From NCBI GenBank assembly GCA_038087875.1, contig CM075996.1, forward strand, positions 1 through 64,000: a stretch of DNA of 64,000 bases. The letters run 5' to 3'. The translations under genes and the position numbers were made by a program. The notes below the pieces were generated by a model. That model worked only from the letters and a program-made list of their open reading frames with translations. It had not been told where the DNA came from and searched no databases. This document shows positions 12,701 through 24,700 of the stretch, piece by piece. Numbering within the stretch: position 1 is the stretch's first letter; each line of letters opens with the position of its first letter. Origin of the DNA: Malacoraja senta (taxonomy: Eukaryota).

Positions 12701-15700
12701 TGAAGGACGTGTTGGGTGCTAATTGCTAGCTGAGAGTACTGGGGAAGGGCATTGCTGACTAATGTCGTGGAGAAAGCAGGATCTGAGCATTGAATCCATG
12801 CCAGAACGGCAACAAATAGTACGACGGGTTTAGCAAATTTTGCAGAAGGTATTAAGGATTTGCCCCTGGTCTAAATGTTAAAATTCCAGCTATTTCAGTT
12901 GTCGACATTCAAACGTTTTTTTCCATTGGCTGAATGATTTGAAAACCTAATTATCGACAATGAGAAACAAGCCGATTTATTTGTGGCTGCCATTCATTGG
13001 TTTGCCCCACAGCTTTAATCCCAAACTGCTCACCTGAAAGACCATTGGATAAGGGCTTGTTTGTAAGGCCAAACATATATAAAGCTGTTATTTTCCATCA
13101 CCAAAACCACATTCAAAAATAGCCACTTGAGCAATCTGCTTACTGGAAGGCTTCCGGGATACTCAATCGTACTGTGTTCCTTTAAGGAAAATATATTTCC
13201 TGCAATTGCTGCATTTTGTCCTCTGCTGGTAAATAAATTACAGCAACTTAGCGTTTGGCGTGTAATACGTGAATTAGATGAATATTGTACGACACTGACT
13301 ATCCTACGACCGAATGAGTGACAGATTGGAACTGAGCTCGGTGTACTCCATGTGCAGGAAGCCACGTGAGTAGAGCAATGACTGTTTATGTAAAAGGAGC
13401 TGTAAGCTTTAAAATCCAATAAAACTTGGAATTTTAATCTCAAGTTCCAGTGAAGATAATTTTGCCTGTTTTCGATTAGACACTTTCAAACGCAGCTCGA
13501 CAACAGACTACCACTTTTAATTTGGAAATTTCTGGAATCCATGGATTTGAACTTCATATCGTGACACTATTTTCCTGTCCATTGCTTAATCTTTTAACAA
13601 GGCTCCTGGATTCAATATTGTACTGGTGTTTACCTTCAGTGAGCTTGAATAATGTAGTTGCATCAGTGAGGTTGGGGATCCCTGATAACATGCTGTTTCT
13701 ATTTACTTGATCTACAGAAATACTAAACAGGAAATGTTTTAATTGTACTGCTTAAAAGCCAATTCAGGATTTAGGACAGATGCCAATGTTTTGTGCACCG
13801 AGAAATATGTTTGTTTATAGCTGTGTGTAACTTTCCCTTTTAACTTTGATTTTGTTATCATGCTTTCAAACAGCTGATTAATTGTTGCGGGGATTTTTTT
13901 CCTTTTCTCAGTTGTCCGCACTTGATACTCACTGATATAGGGCCTTTCTGTTCTGTCTCAGTTATTAAAAGGTTGACTAACCATGAAGCTGTCTTCAGTG
14001 ATTTTATTTTTTGCTTGAAAGCTTATTTATAAAAAATTGTTTTAAATCCTTACTTTCTGAGTCATTCCCTAGTTAGTTCTAGGAATCTTTGATTTACTTG
14101 CCAGTTTGAGGCAGTAAACAAGCAGTCATGTTTGTGTTATTTAACATTTATTTTATAGTGCCTTCAAATTGCTAAGGAAAAAGAAAACGTAACAATTATG
14201 TAAAATACTGAATATAAATTTTTCAGGTTCAAAATCAATGCAGGATGGATGGGCAGGTGGTGATCGACCTACTGTGGCAAATACTCGTCCCCCAAGCTGG
14301 GAAGAAGATGATGATAATTCAATGGGCCTGTGGAACAGTACTGGAACTCAGGAGAGTAGTTCACCCTACAACTCAGCTAACTGGTCCTCAGGCGGGAAGA
14401 AAAATCACAAGGTAAGAAAGGAAAAGTTCTGTGAAAATAAGCAGTTCGCAAAGTGCCTTCTCATTTTTGGGAACTTGGTGCCAGAACGGTGTTCAGACAG
14501 AAGTCAAGGCAGCGTATTGCTCTGTGTGGCATTCCCTATGATGATAGTCAGTTCTTGGAAACTTTGATTTACTTGCAGGTTTGAAGAAGTGAACAAGCTG
14601 TAATATCTGTGCGATTTAACCTCGATATTTGATAGTGCCATTGAATGACATGCATTGTCAGTCAAAAAAAAACTTTTTGCCGGCCCTGATTGGATCTGGC
14701 CTTTTCTCGCCTCCAGTTTATTTTTCCTCCTTCCCTACACCTCTACTTCCAGTCTGAAGAAAGGTTCCAACTCGAAACATCACTTATTCTTTTTCTCCAG
14801 AGATGCTGCCTGACCCATTGAGTTACTCCAGCATTTTGTGTCTATCCTCGAAGAAAACCTGGCAATAGTGAGAGGGGTGGGAAGCTTTGGGAATACATCC
14901 AATTTACTGTAATCTGAAGGGAAAAAAAACACCTCGCGATCTGAGGTAATGTTAACATTGTAACAATCTAACTTGTTTGCTAGCCAACTTCCTGGGCACC
15001 TTCCGGTCTTTCAATTTTCCAACATAACGGTTTCATAAATCCATTTATAGTTACGATAGCTCAAAACCCCGATCTAACAAGTTTTGTAGGGTGCAGTGGG
15101 GGTGGGTGGGGGGTTGACAAGAGAGAGTTCTGTCTTGAACAAATCCAAATTATTTTTAGATTCACAACATGTGGTTGTGCAATTTCCTCAGTGCAAATTT
15201 ATAGTTCAAGGTCAAGGGTCAGTTTATTGTCCCATATACCAATTAAGGTACAGTGAAACTTGATTACCATACCGCCATACTAAAAAAAGCAACAAGACAC
15301 ACAACTACATAAATGTTAACATAAACATCCACAACAGCGGATTCCACATTCCTCGCTGGGAATAAAGTCTAATCTTCTTCCCTCTTTGTTCTCCCGTGGT
15401 CGGGGGAATCGAACCATCCGCAGTCGATGAAATAGTAATGAAGTTTTAAAGAAAATGATTTAAAATGCTAAGTTCATGTTATTTTTTGAAATTGTGCGAC
15501 ATTGTTATTCTGTCTCCATGTCTGATTTGAATCATTAGTACTGCTAAAAATTATATACTTTTGGTCATAGTAGTCACTATGTAGAGTTTGTTCTAGTTTA
15601 GCAGTAAGCAGATTGCGGCGACTTGCTGTGAGATAATCTATCATCCGTATCCCAGCACTGTATAAGTGCAAACTAGAACTAAGCAGTTGCTACCTAATAG

Positions 15701-18700
15701 CAGTGAGAATATTCCTCCAGTACTTTTTTCCTTTGAATTTTTCTGAGCTGTAACACCCAACAGTCTGCATCTATTTCACACTTGTTGCCATTAAATTGAT
15801 GGCTTGTTTCAATTTCAATTAGAAAGGGCTGACTTCTGGCAGCCCCCTCTGTTACAGGCAAGTTGCATTTCTAGTAATCGGCCTGCACTGTGATTTTCTG
15901 TGACACAAAATTGCATTAGCTGCCCATATGTTAGGAAATGCAAATTTAACAATAATAAAATGTTGTGTTTAGTTAAAAGCTACCTTTTTCCTTCAGCACA
16001 AACTCTGAGAGAGAAAATTTTATTCTGCTCCTCAAACTTTTGGGTGGTGATTTGTGAAGGGCAAATTTCTGTAGCGCAAATGGCTATAACGCAAGATTTG
16101 CCTGCATTGTGAAGAAATGGGAATTCTGTAGTTATATCTTTATGACAGAGGAAATAAGAGCAGATAGGGTCATATGGGCCATCAAGTTTGCTGCACCATT
16201 CAATGCCCAAAGGTCTATCCCACTCGGTGCTCTAAAGCATGTTACATGTTCCAAAAAGATTATCTTGCATGCAAGTAAATCCCAGTAATGAGACCTTTAC
16301 TGCAATTGAGGGAGCTTATTTCCATAAGGTGTTTGACAGTGCCACATCAAAGGCTGTTGCACAAATAAGAGCTTGTGATGCTGAGAAATGTGTGTTAATG
16401 GGTTTTAAAAACTGATTATCATTCATTGGTATAAATGTCTTTTTCATGCTGGAAGTGTGTAAATAGTGGAAGGCTCTTGTCGCTTGATCATTTTGTATCT
16501 ACATTGATGATTTGGAGGAGGGGGGAGTACAAGGCATTAGAATTTTCTGATGACGTGAAAAATGGTTGGAGGGCATGCTGTTATGAGGATATTTATTACT
16601 CTGCTGTAGGACATATCTTGAGTGAGTGGTAGAAACTTGGCAAATGGAGTTTAACAGGGGGAAGTGTGAGGTCTATACTTTGGAAAGAAGAAATTAAGGA
16701 AATCTATTATCTAATTGCAAATGAGTGAAGTAGAAAGAGGTCTGGGTATTATTGTGCATGAATTGCAAAAGGTTAGTAGGCAGCTGCACCAAGTAGATAG
16801 GATGGCCTTTATTGCAAGTGATTTGGAGTTTAGAAATAGAGTAATATCATTATAATTGTACAGGATAATGGTGAGGTTTCATTTGAAATACTGCATTCAA
16901 TTTTTGTTTCCTTATGTAAGAACAGTTTACCAGCATTAAAGCTGTCCAAAAATATGTTCATTTTTAATCATGGGGTCTGCGGATTGTCCTATCACAAACG
17001 TTCTTTTGTTAGAAGAATAAGAGTGATCTTATTGAAAGATATGATCTTCAGAGTGCAGGGTCAGATGTTAAACTGTTTCCATTATTCAGAGATGTTGAAG
17101 CTTGGGGATATTGTTACAGGATAAGGGGATGCCAATTTAAAACTGAGGTGCAAGGAATTGTTCTTGTTGAACTTCATGGAATTATCTACCACTGGGAATT
17201 GTGGGCTTGATTCACTGGAGGTTTTTAAAGAGTATTTAAAGGGAACTGAGGGCAATGTGGATCAGGCACAGAAGAGGAGAAACAGCTTGGGACAGATTAG
17301 GTGGAGTTTGTCTTGAATGGTGGAGTTTGAGTTGATCCATTCTGCTCCTGTTTTCTGGGAGGGGGCCCCCTTCCCAGTTCTCCCACCAGTCTTACTGTCT
17401 ATCTCTGTCCCCCCACTCCCCTGACATCAGTCTGAAGAAGGGTCTCGACCTGAAACGCCATCCATTCCTTCTCTCCAGAGATGCTGCCTGTCCCACTGAG
17501 TTACTCCAGCATTTTGTGTCTACCTTCGATTTAAACCAGCATCTGCAGTTCTTTCCTACACATAGTGGCCTGTGGTACCTGTTTGGTTCATTGGGTAAAA
17601 TACTCTTGCTGCATGATTATTAATTTTGTATCAAAATTGATGATAAACCATGAGGAAGCATTAGTTTAAATGTATACGTATCACCCATGATAATGTGTGT
17701 CCTGTAATTTCAGAAAATGGGCTTTCATTTTGGATTATTCTGCTCCTCAAACTTTTGGGTAGTGATTTGTGAAGGGCAAATTTCTGTAACGCAAATGGCT
17801 ATAACGCAAGATTTGCCTGGGTTGTGAAGAAATAGGAATTCTGTTTTTTCATTTAGGAAGATTTAGGTTACTTTTTTGCAAAAAAGCATTGAGGATTAAA
17901 AATATATAAATGGTGAAGTGATCCTTTATGTGACCCATTCCATGAAATTTGACAAAATGGTAAATACTTGGGGTACTTGCACGATCTTGAGGAAGAAATA
18001 GCAGACACATTTAACTCAGCTGAATGATCTGATTGGATTAATGAGAGACTATTACCATCAGAAATCTGAAGAAGATTAGAAAATCCACAGCAATAGTGTC
18101 TGAAATAAGAAGACAGCTCAATATTTCAACTCTGACGATTACTCTTGTTTCACTGCCTCTTTCCTCCAGGGCTCCATGAAAGGTGGGAACAATGAGGCAT
18201 GGATAAACCCCCTCTCTTCGCAATTTTCCAAAATGGGATTACTGGTAAGATCAGTTTTACTGAACATGCTGAAGCCTTGATGTACTGCTTTGCCAGTTAA
18301 GTTTATCACATTAAGCCAATTACTGATTAGCCTTATCACCGTAAACGTCATGAAAAAATAGTTTTGTGACAAAAAATAGACTGAAATGATCTGCAATACA
18401 AGTTAAACAGAAAGTCACTGCAAACTTATTTCCTATTACAAAAAATGTGTTGTTTATTTGTTGCAATGCAAACTGCACAGCAGAAGACAACCACAAGCTT
18501 TAATGTGCAATTTACTTCCTTTGCATTGTCCTCAATTTGTTACCTCAAATTGCACCGACACTATTGCCACCACTAGTATTATGTCTTTACGCTGTAGAAC
18601 TTTAACCTGGTGTTATATAGCACAAAATGTAACATACTCGATCTTGCTGCAGCATAAATTTAGATGGAAAGGATCGATAATTATGCCACTGGGTGCTTTT

Positions 18701-21700
18701 AACCGTCCAAATGGACTACATATAAGAATACAGTGATCCAGGACGATTTATACAGCTCATTTTGGTATGTTTTCTACTGCAGCCAACGCAACCTCTATGT
18801 CACAAGAGGCTTAGAGTAATGAGCCTTGGTCAGCAGAGGCTTAATGTTGTAAATTACACACACTAATCCTAGTGACGACATTGGGATGACATGATCTGCA
18901 GTTCTGTTATGATTATGGCATCAAGTTCAGAAACTGTAAAATGTTGCATTGGGTCATATTTGTTTATTGATTCCTCAAGTCCCTTACATGACAGATAATT
19001 TGTAATCTTTACCATTAAACTTTACTACCATAATCTGTCTTAATACCTCGCAAGCCAGCTGCGCTCCGGCAATATATAACATAAAGTGCCAATGTTGGGT
19101 TACAGCCAACATTTATATATTTTTAAAACAGTCTTTAAAATGATTGGTGTTATTTTATATGTTTTGTGGTTATCCCTAGGGATTACAGCTACTAGTTTTC
19201 AGCCCTGAGGTTTGATGGGAGACACCAATATTAATTGTTGCTAGGAAAAAGAGCTAAATACACAGAGAAATTTGAGTTTCTTGGGAGGGTAGGATTTGTT
19301 ATATATTGCATAAAAGGAGAAGAAGCAAATCTGTAAGGTTTTTGTTATGTTTACCAATATGTTTTTTAACCTGCTTACCATTTAATTCAGCTATGTCCAG
19401 AATGCAATTTTTCAATAAAGATTGCAAATTAGTACACAGATGCTTATTAGTGTATTTTACACTACAGTATTTTTTTACTAATCTGTGCTTTAAATAAGCT
19501 AAGGAGTTAAATTAGAAATGTCTGGAGTTTTAAAAAAAAACTGGAAATCTATTCCATTTTAGAACACTTAAAAGTGAATGGTACATAGGTTTGTTGCTTA
19601 ATGATCACCTTTTCAACTGGAGGTCAAATTCAACTCTAACAATTGGATAAAACTTTTTCCTCTTTTGCTGAATTCTGAGCAGACAGAAATGTGGAGCCTA
19701 AACTGCAGAACTAGATATGTCAAACATTTATACTTCCTACAGTTTCTGAGGATAGCTGTGGGTAAAATAAATCTAGCAATGAGTGGGCTCCAGGAAACTG
19801 ATTTTTAAGTTGCCTATTATCTGCATTCATTGTGTCATTGTTCTATTTGCAGAGGGAGTCTTCCGAAGACAGCGTTGGTAACAAAATGGACTTAACTGTT
19901 GGTGAGTATTAAACGGGATATAGATGATTTATTTCAAGCAGATAAATGATTGTAGCTCTGGTACCTGTGATAAATTGCAGTCTTATCGAGTGAAACGCTG
20001 AGTTTGAAAATTGATGCGATTACAATCTTAGTACTGATTGCTGATTTTTATCAGGATACAGTTCAGACTTCAATCAAAGCAGAAAAAGAAACATCTGATG
20101 CATCCATGTTTTCTGTTTTTATTTCAGATTTCAGCATCTGCAGTTTTTGTTTTGATTTTCTGGCTTTAATCACTTTCCCTTTTCTTCAATTGAAATCATA
20201 AAGTAAGATGGGTCAATCTTTAAGAATAAGCAAGCCGCCTGCAGCCTATTAATAATAATGGTATCAATACATAGGACAATGCACTCCAATTTTTCAGAAA
20301 TTTGCTTACTTGTGTAGGAAGGATAGATTGCAGATTACTGTGAGCATTGGGGTACATCAGGTTTGTTGGTAGTTATTGCAAGAGTTTTGAGCAAAGGTTT
20401 TGTGGAGAGTGTACAGGATTTTGAGGCTGCAGCAGGAGTTCTGTGGGCAATTTTGGTATCTGTACCTAATGAGAGAGTATATTTCATAAGATAGGCACAA
20501 AATGCTGGAGAGGTTATCTTTGCCTTGAAGTCCGTGCACTGGATTGATTCTCGGGATTAAGAGAACCTGGCTTGTATCTGGGTTTAGGGAGAATGAGAGG
20601 TGATCTGATTTAGATGTACCAGATTCCAAGAGTGACGAACAGTATCAATGCTTGGAAGCTGTTTCCACAGTCTAACAAATGTAGAATTTGGGGAACAGTC
20701 TCAGAATAAGTGCTAATTTTGGGCAAAAAGTAAAATCTTTATATGCTATAAGTCCTAGAAATAAAAGGACACAAAAATTTGGTGCAACTCAACGTGTCGG
20801 GCAGCATCTATGGAAAACTTGGATCCATGTTCCCCAGAGATGCTGCCCGACCTGCTGAATTACTCCAGCACTGTGGGTCCTTTTGTGTAAACCAACATGT
20901 GCAGTTCTGATTTTACTTCTTTGAAATCTTCAACTCCCTAGGGCTATGGATGTTGAAATGTTAAGTACATTTAGGCTGAGATTAATATATTTTTAAGAAT
21001 AGAGGTATGTGGAGATCCCATAGGACAGTGAGCATGGATATTGAATGATGAAGCAGACTTGAGGACATGTCTGGCCTACCACTGTGTCATTCTCTGCCAC
21101 AGAAGGTAGTTGAGGCCAGTTCATTGGCTATATTTAAGACGGTTAGATGTGGCCCTTGTGGCTAAAGGGATCAGGGGGTATGGAGAGAAGGCAGGTACAG
21201 GATACTGAGTTGGATGATCAGCCATGATCATATTGAATGGCGGTGCAGCCTCGAAGGGCCGAATGGCCTACTCCTGCACCTATTTTCTATGTTTCTAAAT
21301 ACCATTTGTTTATTAAGCTCAGAATATGAATTAAAGCTGAGGTTTTCTGGTCATAATTACATTTTCTTCTAACAACTATATCCTGTTGGACAGTTATCTA
21401 TAGTTGTATCACTTTAAGTGATGCATTTTAACTAGGTTCGTAGCTATGGTTAAATTATTCTGTTTCTTTCAGGTGGTCTACCAGACAAAAAGCTGGAATC
21501 TGATAAACGTGGCATGAACATGGATTACAATGGAATGATGAGAAAGGAACGTTCTGGATTCCGGCCATCAAATTCCAAAGATTCGCCCACCACAGACAGT
21601 GGACCCTACTTTGAGAAGGTGAGGTCTCCACTGATAGAGAATACTTACATTTATATTACTTACCATTCTTCCATAAACATCCTAAAATCTTTTTCTGGAG

Positions 21701-24700
21701 CAGAACATGGCGACCCAGATCTGATGGGATATGATTGTGCCTTGGTTTAGGCCTGGTGTATGTTTTAATAAAATACTAGGGATTAGGCCATGCTGCACTG
21801 GGCCAGCTCATCTTGGTTCAGAGATATAGCAAGGAAGCGGGCCCTACAGCCCACCGAGTCCACACCGACCATTGATCACCTGTGTCACACTAGTTATGTA
21901 GAAACAAACAATTGCAGGTGCTGGTTAATACCAAAGATAGACACAAAATGCTGGAGAAGGTGGTGGTGGCAGGGACGGGAGGCGCATGATGTACTTCCTT
22001 AGATTGTCTTTAATTGGGTGTGACTTTGTATCATTTATGGCGGTCCAATATTCTTATAATATCTCTGGGTTGGGCACAGAAGAAAATAAATGCTCGGGTG
22101 GGATTTGGATTGGGGGTGGTTGGATCAGGTTTAATTTACTATCTGAACAGACTTCTTCTCAAGTTAATTGACTTCATATCAGAGTGATGAGCAATCATGT
22201 TAACATTATGTTTAGAGATAGAGGTACAGTATGGAAACAGGCCCTTCGGCCTATCAAATCCACACTGACCATTGATCATTCGCACACTCATTCCATGTCA
22301 TCCCACTTTCGCAACCTACATACTTGGGGCAATTTAAAGAGGCTAATTTATGTACTAACCTTGCACGTCTTTGCAGTGTGGGAGGAAACCCACAGGGAGA
22401 ACGTACAAACTCCGTATACACATCACCCTTAGTCAGAATCGAACCCGAGTCTCTGGTGCTGTAAGGCAGCAAATCTACCGCTACGCCACTGTAGCTCAAC
22501 ATTCACTCACTGAAAGGTCAGATAGACAGCAAATGATGGAAATCTCTAAAGATCATGTGGCATCATTAGAGGGAGAGAGAGAGATTTAATATTTTGGAAT
22601 GAAAACCTGTCAGAACTGGAAAAGGTTACAAATGTAAAGGGTTTTAATCTTGTGGAAAGACAGGGATTGGGAGGGAAAAGAAAACTCTCGGTCTTTTGTG
22701 GCAGGCAAAATAAATTAAATTATAAAAACAAAAGGGACAAGTATCTGAAATATAAACTTTTCCAGATATACTTGCCTCATCAGACTTTATAATGGATTGT
22801 AATTATAGGAAGGGGAATATCCAGAGGGAGTGGAAATATGTCCTTGCTACTATTTGGATCATTCGGTGGGAGCCTCAACATCCGGAACCCCCTCAGAAAA
22901 GGCAGAAACCCATGAGCATTCAAGACAGGGCAGCGCAGTGATGGAGTTGCTGCCTCATAGCGCCAGAGACCCGGGTTTGATCCTGGCTACGGGTGCTTGT
23001 CCGTACGGAGTTTGAACGTTCTCGTGACCTGCCTAGGTTTTCTTCGAGAACTTCGGTTTCCTCCCACACCCCAAGGTTTGTAGGTTAATAGGCTTGGTAT
23101 ACAGAGCTGCCAAGTAGTACGGATTTTCCGTATTTTATACGGAAATGCGATAAGAATACGGATGTACGGATTTGCTTTGTAAAATACGGATTTTTTAAAA
23201 ATCGGCCCAACTTCCTATTTCATCTTGCTGTTTAAAAATTATAGCAGATTAAATCTATTAGTATTTTAAATTTAAAGATCTAGATGATTATTTTTGTACG
23301 CTTTGCTCTGTCCCTCCCACTACAGGTTTAAACAGCGCTGTCAATTTAGCACTATGGGTTCTAATTGTAGTGCTACCAGCTGGAGCGCTATTGCCTTTAC
23401 ACATAGCGCTATGGATCACAGACTGTTCGGGAAGGGAGACGGAGGGCGGGAATAAGAGGGAGGGAGGAAAAAAAGGAAGGAGAGAGGGAGGAAAGTGGGA
23501 GGGAGAGGGAGGGAGGGAAAGAGAGGAAGGAGGGAGAGCGGGGGCTTCCAAAATGGCTTCTACATCATCATCTGGTGCTAAAAGCAGGAAGCAGCCGTTC
23601 AAACAGAAGTATACAAAGAGATGGCAATGAATGCACTGTCAAGTAAGGTGCGTAGAAGACATCAATTGGTAGCAAAGTTATGCATTCTTGTACTCTTACA
23701 TGGGTATGACCGCACATAAAAAAACATTTTTTTCAGCAAAATGGCACCGTGTAAAAATTGTCCCTAGTGTAGAATAGTGTTAATGTGCGGGGATCGTTGG
23801 TCGGTGTGGACTCGGCGGGCCGAAGGACCTGTTTCCGCGCTGTGTATCTAAACTAAACTAAACATTATTGGTACTTAACGCAAACACTCAAAGATTCAAA
23901 GCAGGATTTAAGCCCGCCCGCACGAATCAGAGGTGAGAATGTTGCAGATAACATTTTCTCCTCCATCTGCATTTTTGATATTGGCTTATAGAAAATAGAA
24001 ACCCACCATTTAATTTGGTAGTACGAAACTTTCTGTAAACTTAATTCCTGACTGCCTAAAAATGAGATTTTTGTAGAATGTTTTCTGAGTGGTCAACTCC
24101 TCCTCCCCCCCCACCCAACTCCTCACAAAAATAAAAAATCTGATCTGTTGTGTTCTAAACAAGATTTTGTTTTCTACTTCCAATTCTGTGTACGTGCAAG
24201 CACAGTGCACTAATTGCCCCGCATATCGATATATTTATCAACAACTTACTCTGGCAAAATATGACTAGTCCAGCCACAGCAGAATTCTGTTGGTGTAAAT
24301 GGCTAGAACCTCCTGTGCAGAGAATGATTTTCAACTACTTCCAGTTTGCGTACAAACATTGGTACGTCTTTTTGAGCAGAGATTTCAGGTCGCCATAGAA
24401 TGCACCATTGCAATTCTAAGTTGACAGATTAGTTTTTCCTTTGTGTGTTTTAGATTGGTACAGTGGTAAGAAAATAAAGATCTTGCCATGCAAGGCTTGC
24501 TTTATCACTGCACAAAGCTTAGATGTTACCTGTGTCTGATAAGGGGTTTAATGTGCAAGTTTGATTATGGCACTAATTTTATCTAACTGTCTGTGTGAGG
24601 CCTAACTGCTCTCATTTTTTTTTTCTTCTTCCCGCTCTACCCACAACTTGTTTTTGTGCTGTTTCCTTGTCTGTTTCATACCCCCACCCTCTGCCCCTTT

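Noticed and set aside
16054-16108. SECIS or snoRNA in the duplicated hairpin
   Set aside because: Lacks the 3' GA of the SECIS quartet and properly placed C/D or H/ACA boxes; intronic in a non-selenoprotein gene.
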